Assembly (NCBI GenBank): GCA_003568415.1 | Contig: PWXV01000336.1 | Span: 69,774 to 133,773, forward strand | Source of the DNA: Ignavibacteriales bacterium | GTDB lineage: Bacteria > Bacteroidota > Ignavibacteria > T3Sed10-11 | Direction: 5' to 3' | DNA length: 64,000 bases | In this document: one piece after another, positions 1 to 10,631 of the stretch | Layout: each line of letters starts with the position of its first letter | How positions within the stretch are numbered: position 1 is the stretch's first letter | Notes under the pieces: generated by a model | Seen by the model: only the letters and a program-made list of their open reading frames with translations | The model's database searches: none | What the model was told of the DNA's origin: nothing | Program-made: the position numbers and the translations under genes

Positions 1-324
1 TTTTTAAATATGGTTTTAAAATTTCATACATCGCTTGATATTGAAACTTTACTCAATAATTTGCAGTGTATTGAAAAAGATGCAGGACGCACAGAGGAAC
101 AAAGTAAGAAATCCCGTGTACTCGATGTGGATATTTTGTTTTTTGATAACGATATTATAACTATGGATGATTTGATCGTGCCGCATCCGGAAGTACATAA
201 GCGGCGCTTTATGCTTGAACCACTTGCCGAAATTGCCGGCGATCTTGTACATCCCGTTAAAAATAAAACTATACAACAACTACTTGACGAGTGCCCGAAA
301 ACACATTGGGTCAAGCGGTTGTAA
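1..324 (+). CDS. folK: 2-amino-4-hydroxy-6-hydroxymethyldihydropteridine diphosphokinase (5' end outside window)
   Basis: HPPK motifs R(V)LDVDILF and LIVPHP..HKRRFMLEPLAEI; frame is open back to base 1. Confidence 0.92.
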   Translation, partial: FLNMVLKFHTSLDIETLLNNLQCIEKDAGRTEEQSKKSRVLDVDILFFDNDIITMDDLIVPHPEVHKRRFMLEPLAEIAGDLVHPVKNKTIQQLLDECPKTHWVKRL

Positions 325-362
325 TGACGGCTACTCTCAAGATATTTTTGTAGGAATACCAA

Positions 363-1079
363 TTGGCTGAACACCACAATACGAAAGCTCAGCAACCACA
401 AACACATCAGTTTGGCGGTGATATCAGGTACATAGCGGTTGAAGGTGTGATTGGCGTTGGGAAAACCAGTCTGGCATCGATGCTCGGGGAATATTTCGGA
501 GCAAGGGTCGTGCTTGAACGATTCGAGGAAAATCCGTTCCTGGAGCGTTTTTATGAGGATCCTGAACACTACGCTTTTCAAACCCAGATGTCGTTTTTGC
601 TGAGCAGATACAAGCAGCAGCAGGAGCTTTTCCAGGCCGACCTTTTTCATAACATCCTGATTACGGATTATATTTTTGAAAAAGATAAAATCTTTGCATA
701 CCTTAATTTACAGGATGACGAGCTGAAATTGTACGAAACGGTGGTAAACGCCATTGAAAGAAATATATTGACACCGGATCTGGTCATTTATCTGCAATCG
801 AGTACAGAACGGTTACTGGAGAATATAAAAAAACGAGGCAGGACATATGAGAAACATATCACTGCCGAATACCTGAAAGATCTGAATGAAGCATATAATT
901 ATTTCTTCTTCCGGTATCGTCAGGCGCCGTTACTTATTGTGAATGCCACAGAAATTGATTTTGTCAACCGAAGTGAAGATTTTTCCGAACTGCTGAAGGA
1001 AATTACCCGTCAGAACAGATCTCCGGTTGAATATTATAATCCTTTGAAGAAGGGATCGAAAAAGAAGGAGGCGAAGTGA
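363..1079 (+). CDS. deoxynucleoside kinase (dGK/dCK family)
   Basis: P-loop AVEGVIGVGKTS, ENPFLERFY, IKKRGRTYE lid; common folK neighbour. Confidence 0.9.
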   Translation: MAEHHNTKAQQPQTHQFGGDIRYIAVEGVIGVGKTSLASMLGEYFGARVVLERFEENPFLERFYEDPEHYAFQTQMSFLLSRYKQQQELFQADLFHNILITDYIFEKDKIFAYLNLQDDELKLYETVVNAIERNILTPDLVIYLQSSTERLLENIKKRGRTYEKHITAEYLKDLNEAYNYFFFRYRQAPLLIVNATEIDFVNRSEDFSELLKEITRQNRSPVEYYNPLKKGSKKKEAK

Positions 1080-1080
1080 T

Positions 1081-1302
1081 ATGCCATTATTAAGATATCT
1101 GATTCTACTCGGCCTGGTGTATATTCTGTACCGTTTGGTAAAGGCATCATTGCGTGACTTTTTTACGAATCTGCAAGCGAAACAGCAACACACGAATGTT
1201 GGTAATAATAATGTTCGCGGCGGCAGAAATGTCAACCTTGATGATATAGAAGATGCAAAGTATGAAGAGATAAAAGACGATACGGAAAAACGAAAAAATT
1301 AA
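1081..1302 (+). CDS. small membrane-anchored hypothetical protein
   Basis: N-terminal hydrophobic helix, C-terminal IEDAKYEEI; 1 bp after the kinase stop. Confidence 0.7.
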   Translation: MPLLRYLILLGLVYILYRLVKASLRDFFTNLQAKQQHTNVGNNNVRGGRNVNLDDIEDAKYEEIKDDTEKRKN

Positions 1303-1325
1303 TACGTGTTTAATGTAAAGATCAT

Positions 1326-2327
1326 ATGACCAGGCGGTTGCTGCAAGAGGTTGAAAAATATAAAATTCTTGAGACCCGTATATGCGATCTTGCGTTGAGG
1401 TTCGATGGGCTTATACTCAAGCTTATGCGAAAGGTCGCAACGGAACTTCGTTATAAAGGAATAAAGTTCCGGCCCGAGTATTATTACGGAACAGGATGGG
1501 GATGTGTTGACGGCAGCATTTCAATTGAGCTTCCCTTCTGGTTTGGAAGCAAATCACTGCGTGAAATCGAAGATGAATTAAATCTCGGTGGTGTTGAGAA
1601 CGAGCATGAAATCTTAATGGGGCTCCGCCATGAGATTGGTCACGCAATTCTCTATGCATATCGATTATACCGCGACCGTGAATGGGGACGGCTTTTCGGG
1701 AATATGAAAAAAGTGTACCGGGATTATTATATTTATAATCCCTGGAGTAAACGGCATGTGCGTCATTTACCTGAACACTATGCACAAAAGCACCCCGATG
1801 AAGACTGGGCGGAGACATTTGCCGTTTGGCTGAAACCCCGATCAAACTGGAAAACTAAATACTCTAAAACACCGGCAATCCGAAAGCTTGAGTTTGTCGA
1901 TACCATTATGCGGGAGATAGGACAGCTTGATCCGCCGGTGACCAAAATCGATCGCGATGAGCCGGTTGAAACAGTTCGAATGACCGTCGCAGAATTTTAT
2001 AAATTGAATCTTGAATCGCAGATTGATAACAACGATCTGTACGGCTATGTGGATGACCTGAAAGCGATTTTTTCATACAATGGCAGGCGAACTAATTCGT
2101 ACCGGGAAGCATGGAAGTTCATTCATAAATATGCACCGTTAATAGAAAACAAAGTATGTCAGTGGGTTTATTATGCAGACCGGGAAAAATTGAGGAAGCA
2201 TCTTTCTAAAATCGAGGGAGTATGCCGGACATATAAGTTGAAAATCCGTCCCGGAGATGAGATGGAGAAAATATCAGAGCTGACGGTGTTGCTTACCTAT
2301 ACTATTATGTATGATATTTATGCGTGA
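1326..2327 (+). CDS. putative zinc-binding metallopeptidase (Peptidase_Mx-like)
   Basis: HEIGH zincin motif and YAQKHPDEDWAETFAVW motif; no signal peptide. Confidence 0.75.
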   Translation: MTRRLLQEVEKYKILETRICDLALRFDGLILKLMRKVATELRYKGIKFRPEYYYGTGWGCVDGSISIELPFWFGSKSLREIEDELNLGGVENEHEILMGLRHEIGHAILYAYRLYRDREWGRLFGNMKKVYRDYYIYNPWSKRHVRHLPEHYAQKHPDEDWAETFAVWLKPRSNWKTKYSKTPAIRKLEFVDTIMREIGQLDPPVTKIDRDEPVETVRMTVAEFYKLNLESQIDNNDLYGYVDDLKAIFSYNGRRTNSYREAWKFIHKYAPLIENKVCQWVYYADREKLRKHLSKIEGVCRTYKLKIRPGDEMEKISELTVLLTYTIMYDIYA

Positions 2328-2401
2328 TGTACATGCACTTAGAGAAATATGCACAATAAAATTATACTGATAAATGTTTCATCAATTACAATGAGAGGAC
2401 A

Positions 2402-3697
2402 ATGGCAAGAACGTACATAGAAGATCTTGGAAACCATGTAGGTACCGATGTAACTATTCACGGATGGGTATATAACAAACGGTCGAGCGGTAAGATAAAA
2501 TTTATCATCGTGCGCGATGGTACCGGTTTATTGCAATGTGTTATGGTAAAAGCTGCTCTGCCGGAAGAGGTGTTTGAAAAGTTCGGAGAATTAACTCAGG
2601 AATCATCGCTCAAAGTGACCGGCACCGTCAAAGAGGAGCCGCGTGCACCCGGCGGTTATGAACTTGAAGTCAAGGATCTGTCGATTATTCATATCGCGGT
2701 GGATTACCCGATCACGCCGAAAGAACACGGCGTTGAGTTTTTAATGGACCGGCGTCATCTCTGGTTACGTTCTACCCGCCAGCATGCGATTATGCGTGTG
2801 CGGCATTATATCATCAAGGCTATTCGCGATTATTTCGATTCCAACGGTTTTACGCTAATCGATTCACCTATCCTAACCCCGAATGCGGTTGAGGGAACGA
2901 CAACCTTATTCGAGACAGAATACTTCGACCTCGGAAAGGCCTTCCTTACGCAAAGCGGGCAATTATACGGTGAAGCCGCAGCAATGGCGCATGGAAAAGT
3001 TTATTGTTTTGGACCGACGTTTCGTGCTGAAAAATCCAAAACCCGCCGGCATTTGACCGAGTTCTGGATGGTTGAACCTGAGGTTGCCTTTAATGACCTC
3101 AATGACAATATGGATCTTGCCGAGGATTTCCTCGAATATGTTGTATCATCGACGCTGAAGGAGAAAGCATCCGAACTTGAAACTTTGGAACGCGATACGT
3201 CGTACCTGGAAAAAGTAAAGAAACCGATGCCTCGAATCTCATATGACGAGGCCGTTGATATTCTCAGGAAGAAAGGAATTGATTTTGAATGGGGCGGGGA
3301 TCTCGGCGGTACTGATGAGACGGTGATATCCGAACAGTTCGATAAACCGGTTATGGTGCATCGGTATCCGGCTCAGGTAAAAGCCTTCTATATGAAACGT
3401 GATCCGGAGAATGAAAAGCTTGCTCTGGCACTCGATGTACTCGCACCGGAAGGATACGGGGAAATAATCGGTGGCAGCCAGCGTGAGGATGATTATGATA
3501 CTCTCGTTGAGCGAATCAATGAACATAATCTTCCGATGGAACCGTTTGAATGGTATCTCGATTTACGGAAATATGGAAGTGTTCCGCACGCTGGATTTGG
3601 ACTTGGCATTGAACGAACAGTTTCATGGATCTGCGGTCTCGATCACGTTCGGGAAACGGTACCGTTCGCCCGGATGATTTACCGGAATACGCCGTAG
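2402..3697 (+). CDS. asnS: asparagine--tRNA ligase
   Basis: OB-fold N-terminus, FLTQSGQLY, motif 2 [21 protein letters not shown], motif 3 [11 protein letters not shown]. Confidence 0.97.
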   Translation: MARTYIEDLGNHVGTDVTIHGWVYNKRSSGKIKFIIVRDGTGLLQCVMVKAALPEEVFEKFGELTQESSLKVTGTVKEEPRAPGGYELEVKDLSIIHIAVDYPITPKEHGVEFLMDRRHLWLRSTRQHAIMRVRHYIIKAIRDYFDSNGFTLIDSPILTPNAVEGTTTLFETEYFDLGKAFLTQSGQLYGEAAAMAHGKVYCFGPTFRAEKSKTRRHLTEFWMVEPEVAFNDLNDNMDLAEDFLEYVVSSTLKEKASELETLERDTSYLEKVKKPMPRISYDEAVDILRKKGIDFEWGGDLGGTDETVISEQFDKPVMVHRYPAQVKAFYMKRDPENEKLALALDVLAPEGYGEIIGGSQREDDYDTLVERINEHNLPMEPFEWYLDLRKYGSVPHAGFGLGIERTVSWICGLDHVRETVPFARMIYRNTP

Positions 3698-3736
3698 AGT
3701 CGATTTCAACAAAACCTAAATAGTAGATAATTTAAA

Positions 3737-4681
3737 ATGATCGAAGTAAAGAATCTCTATAAAACTTTCACAACCGTTATTGCTGTCAATGATGTATCAT
3801 TTAAGGTTGAACCCGGCAGGGTATTCGGTCTTCTCGGTCCGAATGGTGCCGGGAAAACCACGACAATCCGGATGATGCTGAATATCATTCAACCGGATGC
3901 AGGTGATATAATATTCGATGGAAGACCGTTTAGCATCGATATTCAGAATACTATCGGGTATTTACCCGAAGAGCGAGGTTTGTACAGGAAAAATAAACTG
4001 ATGCATACTATTCAGTATTTTGCCGGACTCAAGGGAGTATCTTCTAAAGAAGCAAAAAAACTCGGCATGTACTGGCTCGAACGGTTTGATCTCACCGATT
4101 ATGCCAATAATAAGGTCGAGGAGCTTTCAAAAGGTAATCAGCAAAAAGTACAATTTATTATTTCAGTCCTGCATTCACCAAAATACATCATACTCGATGA
4201 ACCGTTCAGCGGTCTTGATCCCGTTAATCAAATACTGTTAAAGGATATTATCGGTGATTTACGAAAGGAAGGCAAGGTACTAATATTCTCCACACACCAG
4301 ATGGAGCAGGCCGAGAAGATGTGCGATGACGTATGCATTATCAATCGGGGCCGGGTCGTAATGTATGGCAAGCTTGCCGAGGAAAAGAAAAAGTATGGTG
4401 TCAACAATATAATGATAGAATTTGAGGGTGACGGTTCGATGCTTGAAAAGATCGGAGGGGTAAAACGGGCTGCAATTTACAGTAATTTTGCCGAACTTGA
4501 AATTGATTCCAATGCAAAACCTCGTAATATTATACACGAAGCAAGTAAGGATCTGGATATCAGAAAGTTTGAAGTAAAAGAGCCGACGCTCAATGCAATA
4601 TTTCTTAATCTCGTTGGGTCGACCGTTGAAGAGGTCGAACGCAAGCATGAGGAGGAGCAGTTGAAGGAGGAAGCTGTATGA
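3737..4681 (+). CDS. ABC-2 exporter ATP-binding protein (NatA/YhaQ-like)
   Basis: GPNGAGKTT, LSKGNQQK, ILDEPFSGLD, STH. Confidence 0.92.
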   Translation: MIEVKNLYKTFTTVIAVNDVSFKVEPGRVFGLLGPNGAGKTTTIRMMLNIIQPDAGDIIFDGRPFSIDIQNTIGYLPEERGLYRKNKLMHTIQYFAGLKGVSSKEAKKLGMYWLERFDLTDYANNKVEELSKGNQQKVQFIISVLHSPKYIILDEPFSGLDPVNQILLKDIIGDLRKEGKVLIFSTHQMEQAEKMCDDVCIINRGRVVMYGKLAEEKKKYGVNNIMIEFEGDGSMLEKIGGVKRAAIYSNFAELEIDSNAKPRNIIHEASKDLDIRKFEVKEPTLNAIFLNLVGSTVEEVERKHEEEQLKEEAV

Positions 4682-5925
4682 AAAAAGCACTCATTGTTGC
4701 AAAGTGGGAGTATATAGAGCGGGTGAAAAGTAAGATGTTCATCATCTCACTATTTATATTTCCGGTTATCATTGTGGCATTTGCAGTACTGCCATCATTG
4801 TTGATGGGGCAGATGGAAGATCGGCAAAAAGTGATCGGTCTGGTTGATCCTGAAAATGTGCTCAGCCCGAATATTATCCAAAAAATCGAAGACCGGTTCA
4901 CGCTCAAGGATGATCAGCCGATGTATGTGATCAGAAAAATTGATGAGCCGAATACCGATGCGGAAACGCTTCGCATGATCGGCAACTCACTTGTTTTTTC
5001 CGATGATATTGCCGGGTATATTTATATTCCCCCTGATATATTCGAGACTAATCAACCGGAATATTATTCAACTAATGTAGGAAATATACAGGATCATAAC
5101 CGTTTCACTGCAGTAATCCGCGACATACTTACGGAATATCGTTTAGAGGAACGGGGGGTTGATCCCGGGATTGTCGGTGAAATTATTAAACCGGTGAATT
5201 TACGAACGGTGCGGATATCCCCGGGCGGTGAAGAACAGGATGCAGGTTTTCTGGAAATATTCTGGAGTTCATACATTTTTCTGATGGCGATGATGATGCT
5301 TATAGCAACATCGGGACAGATACTGATACGAAGTGTTGTTGAGGAAAAGACAAACCGTATTATTGAAGTCCTTGCCTCATCGTGCTCTTCGACCGACCTC
5401 ATGGCAGGCAAAATCATTGGATTGAGTGCACTTGGCTTAACACAGATCGGATTGTATGCCATGATGGGTATCGCGGCAGTTACTCAATTTGGTATTGATG
5501 GTCTTTCTCTTTCAAATGTCTGGCTGCTGCTACCGTACTTTATTATCGGATATTTATTCTATGCTGCAATATTTGTTGTAGTCGGATCGCCGTTATCGTC
5601 CGAGCAGGAGGCGCAGCAGGTTACAAGCTGGGTAGTACTTGTACTCATGATCCCGTTTATATTTGCCTTTATCGCGATCGAAAATCCTGGCATGCCGATT
5701 ATCCGGGCATTAAGTTTTATACCGTTTTTTACACCATCTTTTATGGCACTCCGTATACCGATCATTATGCCTTCTACCTTCGATATTGTGGTTACGTTGG
5801 GCATCCTTACCTTATCCACAATTATTCTTATGTGGATAGCCGGAAAGGTATTCCGCGTGGCAATACTGTCATATGGAAAGCGGCCATCATTAGCTGAAAT
5901 TTTACGATGGGTTAAAACAGGTTAA
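4678..5925 (+). CDS. ABC-2 exporter permease (NatB/YhaP-like)
   Basis: N-terminal TM, large periplasmic loop, VVEEKTNRIIEVL motif, further TMs; ATGA overlap with the ATPase. Confidence 0.9.
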   Translation: MKKALIVAKWEYIERVKSKMFIISLFIFPVIIVAFAVLPSLLMGQMEDRQKVIGLVDPENVLSPNIIQKIEDRFTLKDDQPMYVIRKIDEPNTDAETLRMIGNSLVFSDDIAGYIYIPPDIFETNQPEYYSTNVGNIQDHNRFTAVIRDILTEYRLEERGVDPGIVGEIIKPVNLRTVRISPGGEEQDAGFLEIFWSSYIFLMAMMMLIATSGQILIRSVVEEKTNRIIEVLASSCSSTDLMAGKIIGLSALGLTQIGLYAMMGIAAVTQFGIDGLSLSNVWLLLPYFIIGYLFYAAIFVVVGSPLSSEQEAQQVTSWVVLVLMIPFIFAFIAIENPGMPIIRALSFIPFFTPSFMALRIPIIMPSTFDIVVTLGILTLSTIILMWIAGKVFRVAILSYGKRPSLAEILRWVKTG

Positions 5926-5940
5926 CGGCTGTTTATAGCA

Positions 5941-5969
5941 TTGCAAATGTGCGAAGGTTTCCCTATATT
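5941..5969 (+). promoter_or_regulatory. putative sigma70-type promoter for nuoJ
   Basis: TTGCAA-17 bp-TATATT, 47 bp upstream of the nuoJ ATG. Confidence 0.55.
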
Positions 5970-6016
5970 AGTACAACTTTTTTAACATTTTCCTCGAAAG
6001 CAGTATAAGTTGAATA

Positions 6017-6529
6017 ATGACCTTTGAAGAAGTATTCTTTTATTTTCTCGCCGCCGGTGCAATTGTATCTGCGTTATTGGTTATTACGAGAAGAAATCCG
6101 ATTAACAGCGTCATTTTTCTTGTATTAAATTTTTTCTTTCTTGTAGCGCTGTATCTCACCTTAAAAGCTCAGTTTATTGCAATAATCCAGATCCTGGTTT
6201 ATGCCGGAGCGATTATGGTGTTGTTTATGTTTGTAATTATGCTTTTAAATCTCGGCGATGAAAAACGACTTACCGATCGCGTGACCTGGAAACAATTTGT
6301 GGCAATAGGGCTGTCTCTTGCCTTTGTAATGCAGGTACTCTATATCGTCGGATTTGGTGAAACTGCAGAAATGAAAACGATGTCTGCGAAAGCGGTAGAC
6401 ATTGGAACCGTTGAATATATCGGTAAAGAATTATTCAGTTATTACGTACTGCCAATCGAAGCAATCTCGGTGCTGATTGTCGCAGCGGTCGTCGGTGCAA
6501 TTGTCCTGGCCAAAAGAAAGTTTGATTAA
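6017..6529 (+). CDS. nuoJ: NADH-quinone oxidoreductase subunit J
   Basis: QILVYAGAIMVLFMFVIMLL motif, 5 TMs, synteny with nuoKLMN. Confidence 0.96.
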   Translation: MTFEEVFFYFLAAGAIVSALLVITRRNPINSVIFLVLNFFFLVALYLTLKAQFIAIIQILVYAGAIMVLFMFVIMLLNLGDEKRLTDRVTWKQFVAIGLSLAFVMQVLYIVGFGETAEMKTMSAKAVDIGTVEYIGKELFSYYVLPIEAISVLIVAAVVGAIVLAKRKFD

Positions 6530-6676
6530 GGGTACTGCAACGATGACGATGCATTCCGTTCGAGTTCTCCAACCGGAGTTTTTCCGAATTTGTGGGTAAG
6601 ATTCAGATTGCCATAACGGTCATTCCGAATGACCTTTGGAATAAATATTTGATTATTCTTCAAATGAAAACGTAGC

Positions 6677-6979
6677 ATGATACCGCTCAATTTTTATCTC
6701 GTACTTAGTGCATTATTATTTACAATCGGCGTCGTTGGTGTCCTCACCCGCCGGAATGCCATAATTGTATTTATGTCTATCGAGTTGATGCTCAATTCGG
6801 TAAACCTGACGCTTGTTGCCTTCTCTTCATTTCTCGGCGATGCGACCGGACAGATGCTTGTCTTTTTTGTGATTACCATAGCAGCGGCCGAAGCCGCAAT
6901 TGGATTAGCTATTATCATCGCATTGTTCCGCAACAAGCAAACTGTAAATATCGACGAAATCAATCTCTTAAAGTGGTAA
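6677..6979 (+). CDS. nuoK: NADH-quinone oxidoreductase subunit K
   Basis: [26 protein letters not shown]. Confidence 0.97.
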   Translation: MIPLNFYLVLSALLFTIGVVGVLTRRNAIIVFMSIELMLNSVNLTLVAFSSFLGDATGQMLVFFVITIAAAEAAIGLAIIIALFRNKQTVNIDEINLLKW

Positions 6980-6991
6980 GACGAAACGTTT

Positions 6992-8920
6992 ATGTATGAT
7001 CTTATAGGACTTGTCGTAATATTGCCGTTGCTCGGAGCTGCGATCAACGGATTGCTCGGCTGGCGGATTAAAAACGAAAAAGTTATCGGTATTATCGGTA
7101 GCGGCACCGTCGGTATCTCTTTCGTCATATCCGTACTTATCTTTATAGAGATGCTCGGCCGCGAAGCACTGGAACGAATTCAGGTGGTAGAGTATTTCAG
7201 ATGGATTGTCGCAGGCAACCTCGATACTTCATTTGCATACCAGGTGGACCAGTTATCTATTTTAATGACGCTTGTTGTGACGGGTGTTGGATTTCTAATT
7301 CATGTGTACTCCATCGGCTATATGAAGGGCGATGCGGGATTCTGGCGTTACTTTTCTTATCTCAATCTTTTTATCTTCGCGATGCTCAATCTTGTTCTTG
7401 CCGATAATTTTCTTCTGTTATTTCTTGGCTGGGAAGGTGTTGGCTTATGTTCCTATTTGCTGATTGGATTCTGGTATACTAAGAAGTTTACCGGAGATGC
7501 TGCGAAAAAGGCATTCGTTGTTAACCGCGTCGGCGACTTCGGATTTCTCATCGGTATGTTTCTGATCTTTATCACCTTCGGAACCTTGAAGTTTGAACCG
7601 GTTTTCGCTCAGGCATCGGTGCTCACCGTAGGAGAACCGATTATTTTCTGGATGACATTAATGCTGTTTGTCGGTGCGGTCGGTAAATCGGCACAGATAC
7701 CATTATTTGTATGGTTGCCCGATGCAATGGCAGGTCCGACTCCCGTTAGCGCACTCATTCATGCTGCGACTATGGTCACTGCCGGTGTCTATATGGTTGC
7801 GCGTTCTGCGACCTTATATGCACTTGCTCCACTCACGCTGGAAATAGTAGCGGTCATTGGTTTACTTACTGCAGTGATGGCGGCCACGATTGCTCTTACA
7901 CAAAATGATATTAAAAAAGTTCTCGCGTATTCAACGGTAAGCCAGCTTGGTTTTATGTTTCTTGCGCTCGGTGTCGGTGCATTCTGGGTCGGAATATTTC
8001 ACGTTTATACACATGCTTTCTTCAAAGCCCTGCTCTTTCTCGGTTCGGGCGCGGTGATTCACGCAATGCATCACGAACAGGATATCCAGAAAATGGGCGG
8101 CTTGCAAAAATATATGCCGAAAACATATATGACGTTTCTTATCGGTGCTATTGCAATTGCGGGCATTCCGCCGCTTGCCGGTTTCTTTAGCAAGGATGAA
8201 ATTCTTGCCTATGTCTGGCATGACGGTTCTTTTATCTTGTGGTTTTTCGCGGCTATTACTGCCGGATTAACTGCCTTTTATATGTTTAGGTTAGTTAGTT
8301 TAACGTTCTGGGGCAATCCCAGATTTAAAGAAGAAGGTGCGCATGCAGTACATCCCCATGAAGCACCGTCGTCAATGACGATACCGCTCATTATACTTGC
8401 CGTGCTCTCGATTGTGGGTGGCTGGGTCGGCATTCCCAAGGCGCTTGGTGGTGGTTTGGCTATTAAGCAATTTCTTGCACCGGTATTCGAACGTGCCGAT
8501 AGGATTATGGCGTTGCCGGAGCACGGTGTCCATACAATAGATTATGCCTTGATTATTTTATCGGTGATAATTGCTGCAGCAGGTATTTATCTTGCAATCA
8601 CCTGGTACCTCAAAAAACCGCAAATACCGGTAGAACTTGCAAACAGATTCAGCGGTATGTACAGAGTTCTGAGTAATAAGTATTACGTGGATGAATTATA
8701 CGATGCTGCTATCGTGAATCCCATCGAGAGGGGGTCGCGAAAAATGCTATGGCGGGGAATGGATGTCGGTGTCATTGACGGTATAGTGAATGGACTTGCA
8801 AAGATCATTGCAATCATATCGAAATATGGACGCCTGGTACAGGTGGGAGTGGTACAGGGATATGCAGTCGCATTTGTGTTTGGTATAGTATTTATAATCT
8901 TTTGGTTGATATTCAGATAA
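6992..8920 (+). CDS. nuoL: NADH-quinone oxidoreductase subunit L
   Basis: GWEGVGLCSYLLIGFW, KSAQIPLFVWLPDAMAGPTPVSALIHAATMV. Confidence 0.97.
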   Translation: MYDLIGLVVILPLLGAAINGLLGWRIKNEKVIGIIGSGTVGISFVISVLIFIEMLGREALERIQVVEYFRWIVAGNLDTSFAYQVDQLSILMTLVVTGVGFLIHVYSIGYMKGDAGFWRYFSYLNLFIFAMLNLVLADNFLLLFLGWEGVGLCSYLLIGFWYTKKFTGDAAKKAFVVNRVGDFGFLIGMFLIFITFGTLKFEPVFAQASVLTVGEPIIFWMTLMLFVGAVGKSAQIPLFVWLPDAMAGPTPVSALIHAATMVTAGVYMVARSATLYALAPLTLEIVAVIGLLTAVMAATIALTQNDIKKVLAYSTVSQLGFMFLALGVGAFWVGIFHVYTHAFFKALLFLGSGAVIHAMHHEQDIQKMGGLQKYMPKTYMTFLIGAIAIAGIPPLAGFFSKDEILAYVWHDGSFILWFFAAITAGLTAFYMFRLVSLTFWGNPRFKEEGAHAVHPHEAPSSMTIPLIILAVLSIVGGWVGIPKALGGGLAIKQFLAPVFERADRIMALPEHGVHTIDYALIILSVIIAAAGIYLAITWYLKKPQIPVELANRFSGMYRVLSNKYYVDELYDAAIVNPIERGSRKMLWRGMDVGVIDGIVNGLAKIIAIISKYGRLVQVGVVQGYAVAFVFGIVFIIFWLIFR

Positions 8921-8936
8921 TTAAATCATCACAATT

Positions 8937-10544
8937 ATGTTTGAAAATAATCTCCTTACCTATGTAATATTTTCACCGCTTATTGGTACGCTCATAATCT
9001 TATTCCTGAACAGAGCAAACCACAAAGCAATGCGATGGGTTGCCCTGCTCTCGACGCTGTTTACATTTGTGCTGGCACTTCTCTTGTTTTTCCGATTCGA
9101 CGGTTCCATAGCGGGATTTCAATTTTATCAGGAGGTAAGTTGGATTGAAACGATCGATGTTGCCTATCGTGTCGGTGTTGATGGAATCTCGCTTTTATTG
9201 GTAATGCTAACTGCGTTTATAATGCCGATATCGGTTCTCGCATCATGGTCGGGTATCAAACATCGTGTGAAAGAGTATTTTGTATTTTTATTGCTGCTTG
9301 AAGTCGGTATGATCGGTGTGTTCCTCGCGCTGGATATGTTTTTGTTTTACATTTTCTGGGAGGCAATGCTTATACCGATGTATTTTATCATCGGTGTATG
9401 GGGCGGCAAAGAACGTATCTACGCAGCAGTGAAATTCTTCCTCTTCACGATGGTAGGCAGTCTCCTGATGCTCGTTGCAATCATCTGGATAGGAGTCCAT
9501 GCCTCGCATACGCTCGGTCACTTTACCGCCGATCTTCAGGTGTTGTACGAGATTTCACCTGGTATACCGCTGGCATTGCAATCGTGGATGTTCCTGGCCT
9601 TTGCGCTAAGTTTCCTGATAAAAGTACCAATCTTCCCGCTCCATACGTGGTTACCCGATGCACATGTCGAAGCACCGACAGCAGGTAGTGTTATCCTTGC
9701 CGGGGTGTTATTGAAAATGGGTACCTACGGATTAATCAGATTTTGTTTGCCATTGTTCCCCGCCGCAACCTATGAGTTTATGCCGATAATAAGTATTCTT
9801 GCCGTTATCGGAATTATTTATGGTGCACTTGTGGCGATGGTGCAAACCGATGTTAAGAAGTTGATTGCATATTCATCGGTCAGTCACCTCGGGTTTATCG
9901 TGTTGGGAATATTTGCCCTTACCGAGGAAGCAATGCAGGGGAGTATCATACATATGGTAAGTCATGGTCTGAGCACCGGTGCCCTCTTCCTGTTGGTAGG
10001 TATGCTATACGAGCGGCGACACACACGGATGATAGCTGATTTTGGCGGGATTGCCAAGATAATGCCGGTGTATGCCGCATTCTTTTTGTTCATTTCATTA
10101 TCATCAATCGGACTGCCGGGATTGAACGGCTTTATCGGTGAGTTTTTAATATTACTCGGCGCATTTCAATCTCAGGCACTCGATTCATATTGGTATGCAA
10201 TCTTCGCTGCAACCGGCGTTATCCTTGCAGCAGTATATATGCTCTGGATGTATCAGCGGGTAATGTTGGGTGAAGTTACGCATCCCGAAAATGAAAAGTT
10301 GCTGGATATAAACCCGCGTGAAATTATCACGCTGGTACCGATTGCAATCTTCGTAATCTGGATCGGTATTTATCCGGCGACATTTTTAGATAAGACCGAA
10401 GCCTCGGGCCGGCAGGTGCTTGAACAGGTTGAGCAGGGCAGAACGATGTATCGTGCTACCCAAGCAGAGATAGTTACTGAAAATGAAATCTTGCATCTTG
10501 ATGTATCAAAAAAGATAACGTACCCGGGTAACACATCCCGGTAA
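8937..10544 (+). CDS. nuoM: NADH-quinone oxidoreductase subunit M
   Basis: FWEAMLIPMY, KVPIFPLHTWLPDAHVEAPTAGS, LLKMGTYG. Confidence 0.97.
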   Translation: MFENNLLTYVIFSPLIGTLIILFLNRANHKAMRWVALLSTLFTFVLALLLFFRFDGSIAGFQFYQEVSWIETIDVAYRVGVDGISLLLVMLTAFIMPISVLASWSGIKHRVKEYFVFLLLLEVGMIGVFLALDMFLFYIFWEAMLIPMYFIIGVWGGKERIYAAVKFFLFTMVGSLLMLVAIIWIGVHASHTLGHFTADLQVLYEISPGIPLALQSWMFLAFALSFLIKVPIFPLHTWLPDAHVEAPTAGSVILAGVLLKMGTYGLIRFCLPLFPAATYEFMPIISILAVIGIIYGALVAMVQTDVKKLIAYSSVSHLGFIVLGIFALTEEAMQGSIIHMVSHGLSTGALFLLVGMLYERRHTRMIADFGGIAKIMPVYAAFFLFISLSSIGLPGLNGFIGEFLILLGAFQSQALDSYWYAIFAATGVILAAVYMLWMYQRVMLGEVTHPENEKLLDINPREIITLVPIAIFVIWIGIYPATFLDKTEASGRQVLEQVEQGRTMYRATQAEIVTENEILHLDVSKKITYPGNTSR

Positions 10545-10631
10545 TTGCAAATGGCGAACATTCGTTTTACAGCGGGAATTAATTAACAGTTTAACAAAGT
10601 AAGACAATTACCAGATAATGTAGCATAACTC

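Noticed and set aside
24-650. 208-aa minus-strand ORF
   Set aside because: Antisense to folK and the kinase, no family motifs
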